Shown here in pieces: positions 24,101-33,920 of a stretch of 64,000 bases of DNA (its first letter is position 1; the number at the start of each line of letters is the position of its first letter). The notes under the pieces were generated by a model. It did no database searches. It had not been told where the DNA came from and was given only the letters and a program-made list of their open reading frames with translations. The stretch spans positions 128,588,001 to 128,652,000 of the forward strand of contig OZ024744.1 in NCBI GenBank assembly GCA_964016885.1, read 5' to 3'. Both the position numbers and the translations under genes were made by a program. Source of the stretch: Eledone cirrhosa (taxonomy: Eukaryota).

Positions 24101-27100
24101 TTAAGTTGAGGTTAAGTTAAGTTGGAGTTAAGTTAAGTTGGGGTTAAGCTAAGTTGGGGTTAAGTTAATTTGCGGTTAAGTTAGGTTGTGGGTTAAGTTA
24201 AGTTGGGGTTAAGTTAAGCTGGGGTTAAGTTAGGGTAAGTTAAGTTGGGGTTAAGTTAAGTTGGGGTTAAGTTAGGTTGGGGTTAAGTTAAGTTGGGGTT
24301 AAGTTAAGTTGGGGTTGAGTTAAGTTGGGGTTGAGTTAAGTTGGGGTTAAGTTAAGTTGGGGTTAAGTTAAGTTGGGGTTAAGTTAAGTTGGGGTTAAGT
24401 TAAGTTGGGGTTAAGTTAAGTTGGGGGCAAGTTAAGTTGGGGTTAATTTAAGTTGAGGTTAAGTTAAGTTGGTGTTAAGTTAAGTTGGGGCTAAGTTAAG
24501 TTGGGGCTGAGTTAAGTTGGGGCTGAGTTAAGTTGCAGTTAAGTTAAGTTGGGGTTGAGTTAAGTTGCGGTTAAGTTAAGTTGGGGTTAAGTTAAGTTGG
24601 GGTTAAGTTAAGTTGGGGTTTATTTAAGTTGGGGTTCAGTTAATTTGGGGTTAAGTTAAGTTTGGGTTAAGTTGGGGTTAAATTAAGTTGGGGTTAAATT
24701 AAGTTGGGGTTAAGCTAATTTGGGGTTAAGTTAAGTTGGGGTTAATTTAAGTTGGGGTTAAGTTAAGTTGCGGGTAATTTAAGTCGGGGTTAAGTTAAGT
24801 TGGGGTTAAGTTAAGTTGGGGTTAAGTTAAGGTGGGGTTTAGTTAAGTTGGGGTTAAGTTAAGTTGGGGGTAAGTTAAGTTGGGGGTAAGTTAAGTTGGG
24901 GGTAAGTTAAGTTGGGGTTAAGTTAAGTCGGGGTTAAGTTAAGTTGGGGTTAAGTTAAGTTGGGGTTAATTTAAGTTGGGGTTAAGTTAAGTTGGGGGTA
25001 AGTTAAGTTGGGGGTAAGTTAAGTTAGGGTTAAGTTAAGTTGGGGTTGAGTTAAGTTGGGGTTAAGTTAAGTTGGGGTTATGTTAAGTTGGGGTTAAGTT
25101 AAGTTGGGGTTAAGTTAAGTTGGGGTTAAGTTAAGTTGCGGTTAAGTTAAGTTGGGGTTAAATTAAGTTGGGGTTAAGTTAAGTTGGGATTAAGTTAAGT
25201 TGGGGTTAAGTTAAGTTGGGGTTAAGTTAAGTTGGGGTTAAGTTAGATTGTTGTTAAGTTAAGTTGGGGTTAAGTTAAGTTGGGGTTAAGTTAAGTTGGG
25301 GTTAATTTAAGTTGGGGTTAAGTTATGTCGGGGTTAAGTTGAGTTGGGGTTAAGTTAAGTTGGGGTTAAGTTAAGTTGGGGTTAAGTTAAGTTGGGGTTA
25401 AGATAAGTTGGGGTTAAGTTAAGTTGGGGTTAAATTAAGTTCGGGTTAAGTTAATTTGGGGTTGACTTAAGTTGGGGTTAACTTAAGTTGGGATTAAGTT
25501 AAGTTGGGGTTAAGTTAAGTTGGGGTTAAATTAAGTTCGGGTTAAGTTAAGTTGGGGTTAAGTTAAGTTGGGGTTAAGTTAAGTTGGGGTTAAGTTAGGT
25601 TGGGGTTAAGTTAAGTTGGGGGTAAGTTAAGTTGGGGTTAAGTTAAGTTGGGGTTAAGTTAAGTTGGGGGTAAGTTAAGTTGGGGGTAAGTTAAGTTGGG
25701 GTTAATTTAAGTTGGGTCGAATTAAGTTGGTGTTAAGTTAAGTTGGGGTTAAGTTAAGTTGGGGTTAAGTTAAGTTGGGGTTAAGTTAAGATGGGGTTTA
25801 GTTAAGTTGGGGTTAAGTTATGTTGGGGTTACGTTAAGTTGGGGGTAAGTTAAGTTGGTGGTAAGTTAAGTTGGGGGTAAGTTAAGATGGGGTTAAATTA
25901 AGTTGGGGTTAAGTTAATTTGGGGTTGACTTAATTTGGGGTTGACTTAAGTTGGGGTTAACTTAAGTTGGGGTTAAGTTAAGATGGGGTTTAGTTAAGTT
26001 GGGGTTAAGTTAAGTTGGGGTTTAGTTAAGTTGGGGTTAAGTTAAGTTGGGGTTAAGTTAAGTTGGTGGTAAGTTAAGTTGGGGGTAAGTTAAGTTGGGG
26101 GTAAGTTAAGTTGGGGTTAATTTAAGTTGGGTCGAATTAAGTTGGTGTTAAGTTAAGTTGGGGTTAAGTTAAGTTGGGGTTAAGTTAAGTTGGGGTTAAG
26201 TTAAGTTGGGGGTAAGTTAAGTTGGGGTTAATTTAAGTTGGGTCGAATTAAGTTGGTGTTAAGTTAAGTTGGGGTTAAGTTAAGTTGGGGTTAAGTTAAG
26301 TTGGGGTTGAGTTAAGTCGGGGTTAAGTTAAGTTGGGGTTATGTTAAGTTGGGGTTAAGTTAAGTTGGGGTTAAGTTAAGTTGGGGTTCAATTAAGTTGC
26401 GGTTAATTTAAGTTGGGGTTAAGTTAAGTTGGGGTTAAGTTAAGTTGGGGTTAAGTTAAGTTGGGGTTAAATTAAGTTGGGGTTAAATTAAGTTGGGGTT
26501 AAGTTAAGTTGGGGTTATGTTAAGTTGGTGTTAAATTAAGTTGGGGTTAAGTTAAGTTGGGGTTAAGTTAAGTTGGGGTTAAGTTAGGTTGGTGTTAAGT
26601 TAAGTTGGGGGTAAGTTAAGTTGGGGGTAAGTTAAGTTGGTGTTAAGTTAAGTTGGGGTTAAGTTAAGTTGGGGTTAAGTTAAGTTGGGTTTAAGTTAAG
26701 TTGGGGCTAAGTTAAGTTAGGGCTAAGTTAAGTTGGGGTTAAGTAAAGTTAGGGCTAAGTTAAGTTGGGTTAAGTTAAGTTGGGGTTAATTTAACTTGGG
26801 GTTACATTAAGTTGAGGTTAAGTTAAGTTGGTGTTAAGTTAAGTTGGGGTTAATTTAAGTTGGGGTTAATTAAGTTGGGGTTAATTTAAGTTGGGGTTAA
26901 GTTAAGTTGGGGTTAATTTCAGTTGGGGTTGAGTTAAGTTGGGGTTAAGTTTAGTTGGGGTTAATTTAAGTTGGGGTTGAGTTAAGTTGGGGTTAAGTTA
27001 AGTTGGGGTTAAGTTATGTTCGGGTTAAGTTAAGTTGCGGCTAAGTTAAGTTGGGTCTAAGTTAAGTTGGGGTTAAGTTAAGTTGGGGTTAAGTTAAGTG

Positions 27101-28114
27101 AGGGTTAATTTAAGTTGGGGTTATTTTAAGTTGGGGTTAAGTTAAGTTGGGGTTAAGTTAGGTTGGTGTTAAGTTAAGTTGGGGGTAAGTTAAGTTGGGG
27201 GTAAGTTAAGTTGGTGTTAAGTTAAGTTGGGTTTAAGTTAAGTTGGGGCTAAGTTAAGTTAGGGCTAAGTTAAGTTGGGGCTGAGTTAAGTTGGGGTTAA
27301 GTTAAGTTGGGGTTGAGTTAAGTTGGGGCTAAGTTAAGTTGGGGTTTAGTTAAGTTGGGGTTAAGTTAAGGTGGGGTTAAGTTAAGTTGGGGTCAACTAA
27401 AGTTGGGGTTAAGTTAAGTTGGGGTTAACTTAAGTTGGGGTTAAATTAAGTTGGGGTTAAGTTAAGTTGGGGTTAAGTTAAGTTGGGGTTAAGTTAAGTT
27501 GCGGGTAATTTAAGTTGGGGTTAAGTTAAGTTGGGGTTAAGTTAAGTTGGGGGTAAGTTAAGTTGGGGGTAAGTTAAGTTGGGGTTAAGTTAAGTTAGGG
27601 TTAAGTTAAGTTGGGGTTGAGTTAAGTTGGGGTTAAGTTAAGTTGGGGTTATGTTAAGTTGGGGTTAAGTTAAGTTGGGGTTAATTTAAGTTGGGGTTAA
27701 GTTAAGTTGCGGTTAAGTTAAGTTGGGGTTAAATTAAGTTGGGGTTAAGTTAAGTTGGGATTAAGTTAAGTTGGGGTTAAGTTAAGTTGGGGTTAAGTTA
27801 GATTGTTGTTAAGTTAAGTTGGGGTTAAGTTTAGTTGGGGTTAATTTAAGTTGGGGTTAATTTAAGTTGGGTCTAATTAAGTTGGGGTTAAGTTAAGTTG
27901 GGGTTAAGTTAAGTTGGGGTTAAGTTAAGTTGGGGTTAAGTTAAGTTGCGTTTACGTTAAGTTGGGGGTAAGTTAAGTTGGTGGTAAGTTAAGTTGGGGG
28001 TAAGTTAAGATGGGGTTAAGTTAAGTTGGGGTTAATTTAATTTGGGGTTAAGTTAAGTTAGGGTTAAGTTAAGTTGGGGTTGAGTTAAGTCGGGGTTCAG
28101 TTAAGTTGGGGTTA
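15110..28114 (+). repeat. Higher-order tandem duplication, period 6502 bp
   Basis: Markers at +6502: 16642/23144, 18744/25246, 21299/27801. Junction near 21612, where the GTCGGGGTTCAG context runs into the context seen at ~15110-15180. Confidence 0.88.
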
Positions 28115-29640
28115 TGTTAAGTTGGGGTTAAGTTATGTTGGGGTTAAGTTAAGTTGGGGTTCAATTAAGTTGCGGGTAATTTAAGTTGGGGTTAAGTTAA
28201 TTTGGGGGTACGTTAAGTTGGGGGTAAGTTAAGTTGGGGTTAAGTTAAGTTGGGGTTAAGTTAAGTCGTGGTTAATTTAAGTTGCGGTTAAGTTAAGTTG
28301 GGGTTAAGTTAAGTTGGGGTTAAGTTAAGTTGGGATTAAGTTAAGTTGGGGTTAAGTTAAGTTGGGGTTGAGTTAAGTTGGGGTTAAGTTAGATTATTGT
28401 TAATTTATTTTGGGGTTAAGTTAAGTTGGGGTTAAGTTAAGTTGGGGTTAATTTAAGTTGGGGTTAAGTTAAGTGGGGGTTAAGTTGAGTTGGGGTTAAG
28501 TTAAGTTGGGGTTAAGTTAAGTTGGGGTTAAGATAAGTTGGGGTTAAGTTAAGTTGGGGTTGAGTTAAGTTCGGGTTGAGTTAATTTGGGGTTAACTTAA
28601 GTTGGGGTTAACTTAAGTTGGGGTTAAGTTAAGTTGGGTTTATGTTAAGTTGGGGATAAGTTAAGTTGGGGTTAAGTTAAGTTGGGGTTCAATTAAGTTG
28701 CGGTTAATTTAAGTTGGGGTTAAGTTAAGTTGGGGTTAAGTTAAGTTGGGGTTAAGTTAAGTTGGGGTTAAATTAAGTTAGGGCTAAGTTAAGTTGAGGT
28801 TATGTTAAGTTGGTGTTAAGTTAAGTTGGGGTTAAGTTAAGTTGGGGTTTAAGTTAAGTTGGGGTTAAGTTAAGTTGGGGTTAAGTTAGGTTGGGGTCAA
28901 GTTATGTTGGGGGTAAGTTAAGTTGGGGGTAAGTTAAGTTGGGGGTAAGTTAAGTTGGGGGTGAGTTAAGTTGGTGGTAAGTTAAGTTGGGGGTAAGTTA
29001 AGATGGGGTTAAGTTAAGTTGGGGTTAATTTAATTTGGGGTTAAGTTAAGTTAGGGTTAAGTTAAGTTGGGGTTGAGTTAAGTTGGGGTTAAGTTAAGTT
29101 GGGGTTATGTTAAGTTGGGGATAAGTTAAGTTGGGGTTAAGTTAAGTTGGGGTTCAATTAAGTTGCGGTTAATTTAAGTTGGGGTTAAGTTAAGTTCGGG
29201 TTAAGTTAAGTTGGGGTTAAGTTAAGTTGGGGTTAAATTAAGTTAGGGCTAAGTTAAGTTGAGGTTATGTTAAGTTGGTGTTAAGTTAAGTTGGGGTTAA
29301 GTTAAGTTGGGGTTAAGTTAAGTTGGGGTTAAGTTAAGTTGGGTTTAAGTTAAGTTGGGGCTAAGTTAAGTTGGGGCTAAGTTAAGTTGGGGTTAAGTTA
29401 AGTTGGAGTTAAGTTAAGTTGGGGTTAAGTTAGGTTGGTGTTAAGTTAAGTTGGGGGTAAGTTAAGTTGGGGGTAAGTTAAGTTGGTGTTAAGTTAAGTT
29501 GGGGTTAAGTTAAGTTGGGGCTAAGTTAAGTTGGGTTTAAGTTAAGTTGGGTCTCAGTTAAGTTGGGGTTAAGTTAAGTTGGGGTTAACTTAAGTTGGGG
29601 GTAAGTTAAGTTGGGTTTGAGTTAAGTTGGGGTTAAGTTA

Positions 29641-30232
29641 GGTTTTTCGAAAACCTTATATAATCATTTTTTTTTAGGTTTTTCGAAACACCTTATATAA
29701 TCAATTTTTTTATGTTTTTCCAAAAACCTTATATAATAATTTTTTTTATACTTTTAGAAATATTTATATCTGATTTCAAATATTTATTTTTCTAGGTTTT
29801 TCGAAAACCTTATATAATCAATTTTTTTTAGGTTTTTCGAAAAATGTTATATAATCAATTTTTTTTAGGTTTTTCGAAAAACCTTATATAATCAATTTTT
29901 TTTTAGGTTTTTCGAAACACCTTATATAATCAATTTTTTTTAGGTTTTTCGAAAAACCTTATATAATCAATTTTTTTTAGGTTTTTCGAAAAACCTTATA
30001 TAATCAATTTTTTTAGGTTTTTCGTAAAACCTTATATAATCAATTTTTTTAGGTTTTTCGAAAAACCTTATATAATCAATTTTTTTTAGGTTTTTCGAAA
30101 TACCTTATATAATTAATTTTTTTTAGGTTTTTCGAAAAATCTTATATAATTAATTTATATCTGATTTCAAATATTGATTTTTTTAGGTTTTTCGAAAACC
30201 TTATATAATCAATTTTTTTTAGGTTTTTCGAA
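29641..30232 (+). repeat. 36-38-bp minisatellite AGGTTTTTCGAAAAACCTTATATAATCAATTTTTTTT (left flank of island 1)
   Basis: Unit starts at 29942, 29979, 30015, 30051, 30088; consensus contains the perfect 18-bp palindrome AGGTTTTTCGAAAAACCT. Interrupted twice by the ATTTATATCTGATTTCAAATATT motif. Confidence 0.95.
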
Positions 30233-32470
30233 AAAGAATGAATTCATATTCGAAATATATACTTCTGCATTAATCTTTTTACGTTTTTCTGATTTTTTGC
30301 ATGTTTTGAAATTTAAAAAAAACGTAAAAAATTAATGCTTTTACAAATATTTTGAAATATTTACTTTCTGGTTTCAAATTTTGCAAATTAAATTTTTTTC
30401 TAAAAAAATCAGTTTTCGAAATCAGAAGTTAATATTTCGAAAAACGCAATTTAAAAAACTCATATTAATTTTTTTTCGAATGAAGTTTTTTTATGCTTTT
30501 AGAAATATTTATATCTGATTTAAAATATTGATTTTTTTAGGTTTACCTTATATAATCAAATTTTTTTAGGTTTTTCGAAATATCTTATATAATCAATTTT
30601 TTTTAGGTTTTTCGAAAAAGAATGAATTTGAGTTCATAGTCGAAATATATACTTCTGCATTAATCTTTGATTTTTTGCATGTTTTGAAATCTAAAAAAAA
30701 CGTAAAAAATTAATGCTTTTACAAATATTTTGAAATATTTACTTTCTGGTTTCTAAGTTTGCAAATTAAATTTTTTTCGAAAAACCTAAAAAAATCAGTT
30801 TTTGAAATCAGAAGTTAATATTTCGAAAAACGCAATTTGAAAAACTCATATTAATTTTTTTTCGAATGAAGTTTTTTATACTTTTAGAAATATTTATATC
30901 TGATTTCAAATATTGATTTTTTTAGGTTTTTCGAAAAAGAATGAATTTGAGTTCATAGTCGAAATATATATTTCTGCATTAAGCTTTTTACGTTTTTCTG
31001 ATTTTTTGCATGTTTTGAAATTTAAAAAAAACGTAAAAAAACAATATTTCGAAAAACGCAATTTGAAAAACTCATATTCATTTTTTTTCGAATGAATTCT
31101 TTCATACTTTTAGAAATATTTATATCTGATTTTAAATATTGATTTTTTTAGGTTTACCTTATATAATCAAATGTTTTTAGGTTTTTCGAAAAAGAATGAA
31201 TTTGAGTTCATAGTCGAAATATATACTTCTGCATTAATCTTTTTACGTTTTTCTGATTTTTTGCATGTTTTGAAATTTAAAAAATAACGTAAAAAATTAA
31301 TGCTTTTACAAATATTTTGAAATATTTACTTTCTGGTTTCGAATTTTGCAAATTAAATTTTTTTCGAAAAAAACCTAAAAAAATCAGTTTTCGAAATCAG
31401 AAGTTAATATTTCGAAAAACGCAATTTGAAAAACTCATATTAATTTTTTTTCGAATGAAGTTTTTTTATGCTTTTAGAAATATTTATATCTGATTTCAAA
31501 TATTGATTTTTTTTAGGTTTTTCGAAAAAGAATGAATTTGAGTTCATAGTCGAAATATATATTTCTGCATTGATCTTTGATTTTTTGCATGTTTTGAAAT
31601 TTAAAAAAAAAGTAAAAAATTAATGCTTTTACAAATATTTTGAAATATTTACTTTCTGGTTTCAAAGTTTGCAAATTAAATTTTTTTCGAAAAACCTAAA
31701 AAAATCAGTTTTCGAAATCAGAAGTTAATATTTCGAAAAACGCAATTTGAAAAACTCATATTAATTTTTTTTCGAATGAATTCTTTCATACTTTTAGAAA
31801 TATTTATATCTGATTTCAAATATTGATTTTTTTTAGGTTTTTCGAAAAATCTTATATAATCAATTTTTTTTAGGTTTTTCGAAAAAGAATGAATTTGAGT
31901 TCATAGTCGAAATATATACTTCTGCATTAATCTTTGATTTTTTGCATGTTTTGAAATTTAAAAAAAACGTAAAAAATTAATATTTCGAAAAACGCAATTT
32001 GAAAAACTCATATTAATTTTTTTTCGAATGAATTCTTTTATACTTTTAGAAATATTTATATCTGATTTTAAATATTGATTTTTTTAGGTTTACCTTATAT
32101 AATCAAATTTTTTTAGGTTGTTCGAAAAATCTTATATAATCAAATTTTTTTAGGTTTTTCGAAAAAGAATTTGAGTTCATAGTCGAAATATATACTTCTG
32201 CATTAATCTTTTTACGTTTTTCTGATTTTTTGCATGTTTTGAAATTTAAAAAAAACGTAAAAAATTAATGCTTTTACAAATATTTTGAAATATTTACTTT
32301 CTGGTTTCAAATTTTGTAAATTAAATTTTTTTCGAAAAACCTAAAAAAATCAGTTTTCGAAATCAGAAGTTAATATTTCGAAAAACGCAATTTAAAAAAC
32401 TCATATTAATTTTTTTTCGAATGAATTCTTTTAGAAATATTTATATCTGATTTCAAATATTGATTTTTTT
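30233..32470 (+). repeat. Seven tandem modules (255-385 bp) with nested internal inverted repeats (core of island 1)
   Basis: Module head (consensus GAATGAATTTGAGTTCATAGTCGAAATATATAC, truncated in modules 1 and 7) at 30236, 30620, 30939, 31194, 31530, 31887, 32167. Modules 3 and 6 lack the middle block. Confidence 0.92.
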
Positions 32471-32866
32471 AGGTTTACCTTATATAATCAAATTTTTTTA
32501 GGTTTTTCAAAAACCTTATATAATCAATTTTTTTTAGGTTTTTCGAAAAACCTTACATAATCAATTTTTTTTAGGTTTTTTCGAAAAACCTTATATAATC
32601 AATTTTTTACGTTTTTAGAAAAACCTTATATAATCAATTTTTTTTATACTTTTAGAAATATTTATATCTTATTTCAAATATTGATTTTTTTTAGATTTTT
32701 CGAAATAACTTATATAATCAATTTTTCTAGGTGTTTCGAAAAACCTTATATAATCAATTTTTTTTAGGTTTTTCGAAAGACCTTATATAATCAATTTTTT
32801 TTAGGTTTTTCGAAAAACCTTATATAATCAATTTTTTTAAGTTTTTCGACAACCTTATATAATCAA
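32471..32866 (+). repeat. 36-38-bp minisatellite (right flank of island 1), same orientation as left flank, more degenerate
   Basis: Repeats of AGGTTTTTCGAAAAACCTTATATAATCAATTTT with variants (TTCAAAAA, TTACATAA, GGTGTTTCG, CGAAAGACC, CGACAACC). Confidence 0.93.
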
Positions 32867-33691
32867 GTTGAGTTTAAGTTAAGTTGGGATTAAGTTAAGT
32901 TGGGGTTAAGTTAAGATGGGGTTAAGTTATGTTGAGGTTAAGTTAAGTTGGGGTTAAATTAAGTTGGGGTTAAGTTAAGTTGGGGTTAAGTTAAGTTGGG
33001 GTTAGGTTAAGTTGGGTTTAAGTTAAGTTGGGGATAAGTTAAGTTGGGGTTAAGTTAAGTTGGGTTTAAGTTAAGTTGGGGTTAAGTTAAGTTGGGGTTA
33101 AGTTAAGTTGGGGTTAAATTAAGTTGGGGTTAAGTTAAGTTGGGGTTGAGTGAAGTTGGGGTTAAGTTAAGTTGGGGTTAAATTAAATTGGGGTTAAGTT
33201 AAGTTGGGGTTGAGTGAAGTTGGGGTTAAGTTAAGTTGGGGTTAAATTAAGTTGGGGTTAAGTTTAGTTGGGGTTGAGTTAAGTTGGGGTTAATTTAAGT
33301 TGGGGCTAAGTTAATTTGTGGTTAAGTTAAGTTGGGGTTAAGTTAAGTTGGGGTTAAGTTAAGTTGGGGTTGAGTTAAGTTGGGGTTAAGTTAAGTTGGG
33401 TTTAAGTTAAGTTGGGGTTAAATTAAGTTGGGGTTAAATTAAGTTGGGGTTAAGTTAAGTTGGGGGTAAGTTAAGTTGGGGGCAAGTTAAGTTGGGGTTA
33501 AGTTAAGTTGGGGTTAAGTTAAGTTGGGGTTAATTTAAGTTGGGGTTATGTTAAGTCGGGGTTAAGTTAAGTTGGGGTTAAGTTAAGTTGGGGGTAAGTT
33601 ACGTTAGGGCTAAGTTAAGTTGGGGTTAAGTTAAGTTGGTGTTAAGTTAAGTTGGGGGTAAGTTACGTTAGGGCTAAGTTACGTTGGGGTT
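32867..33691 (+). repeat. 16-bp satellite between island 1 and the inversion
   Basis: TTAAGTTAAGTTGGGG monomers with private variants (TTGAGTGAAG, TTACGTTAGGGC). Confidence 0.97.
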
Positions 33692-33920
33692 AACTTAACC
33701 CCAACTTAACTTAACCCCAACTTAACTTAGACCCAACTTAACTGAGCCCCAACTTAACTTAACCCCAACGTAACTTAGCCCTAACGTAACTTACCCCCAA
33801 CTTAACTTAACACCAACTTAACTTAACCCCAACTTAACTTACCCCCAACTTAACTTACCCCCAACTTAACTTACCCCCAACTTAACTTAACCCCAACTTA
33901 ACTTAACTTAACCCCAACTT
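33692..33920 (-). repeat. Inverted block of the 16-bp satellite (CCCCAACTTAACTTAA)n, 229 bp, copy 1
   Basis: C-rich monomers on the + strand. Junctions centred on the palindromes GTTAAC (33689-33694) and AACTTAAGTT (33916-33925). Confidence 0.98.

Larger units (their letters stand above)
2790..29203 (+). repeat. Higher-order tandem duplication, period 9956 bp (copy 1 ~2790-12745; copy 2 ~12746-29203, expanded by a nested 6502-bp duplication)
   Basis: Rare markers recur at +9956: GATTGTTG 3961/13917, 8788/18744, 11343/21299; GATTATTG 4552/14508, 6686/16642. Junction near 12745 (TTCGGG TTAAGTTAAG | TTGGTG). Confidence 0.9.
1..29640 (+). repeat. Tandem satellite array, 16-bp monomer TTAAGTTAAGTTGGGG (~1850 monomers), open at window start
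   Basis: Monomer read directly throughout, with frequent single-base variants (GGGGG, GCGG, GAGG, GGTG, CTAAG, TTGAG, TTAAT) and occasional 11- and 15-bp length variants. TTAA puts stops on both strands and the ORF track is empty here. Confidence 0.99.
29641..32866. repeat. AT-rich composite repeat island, copy 1 (3.2 kb): 37-bp minisatellite flanks plus seven 255-385-bp palindromic modules
   Basis: Abrupt compositional switch at ...GGGGTTAAGTTA|GGTTTTTCGAAAACC and back at ...TATATAATCAA|GTTGAGTTTAAG. Nearly identical to 51762-54986. Confidence 0.97.

Noticed and set aside
29641-30232. CRISPR-like array of 37-bp palindromic repeats
   Set aside because: Units are head-to-tail with no unique spacers, homopolymer lengths vary, and there are no cas genes or leader.
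30913-31095. 60-aa ORF MIFLGFSKKNEFEF...
   Set aside because: TTG start, F/K/N-rich translation of A/T tracts, lies within one repeat module and has no recognisable domain. A chance ORF.
29641-32866. Island as an intact transposon (piggyBac, Helitron, LTR or non-LTR element)
   Set aside because: No ORF, no terminal inverted repeats, no TTAA duplication at both ends, no 5'-TC/3'-CTRR Helitron ends, no TG...CA LTRs and no poly(A) tail. A transposon-derived origin of the modules remains possible.
33692-33920. Telomere-telomere fusion site
   Set aside because: Polarity reverts after 229 bp and the block copies adjacent variants. A fusion would give a lasting switch to the C-rich strand.
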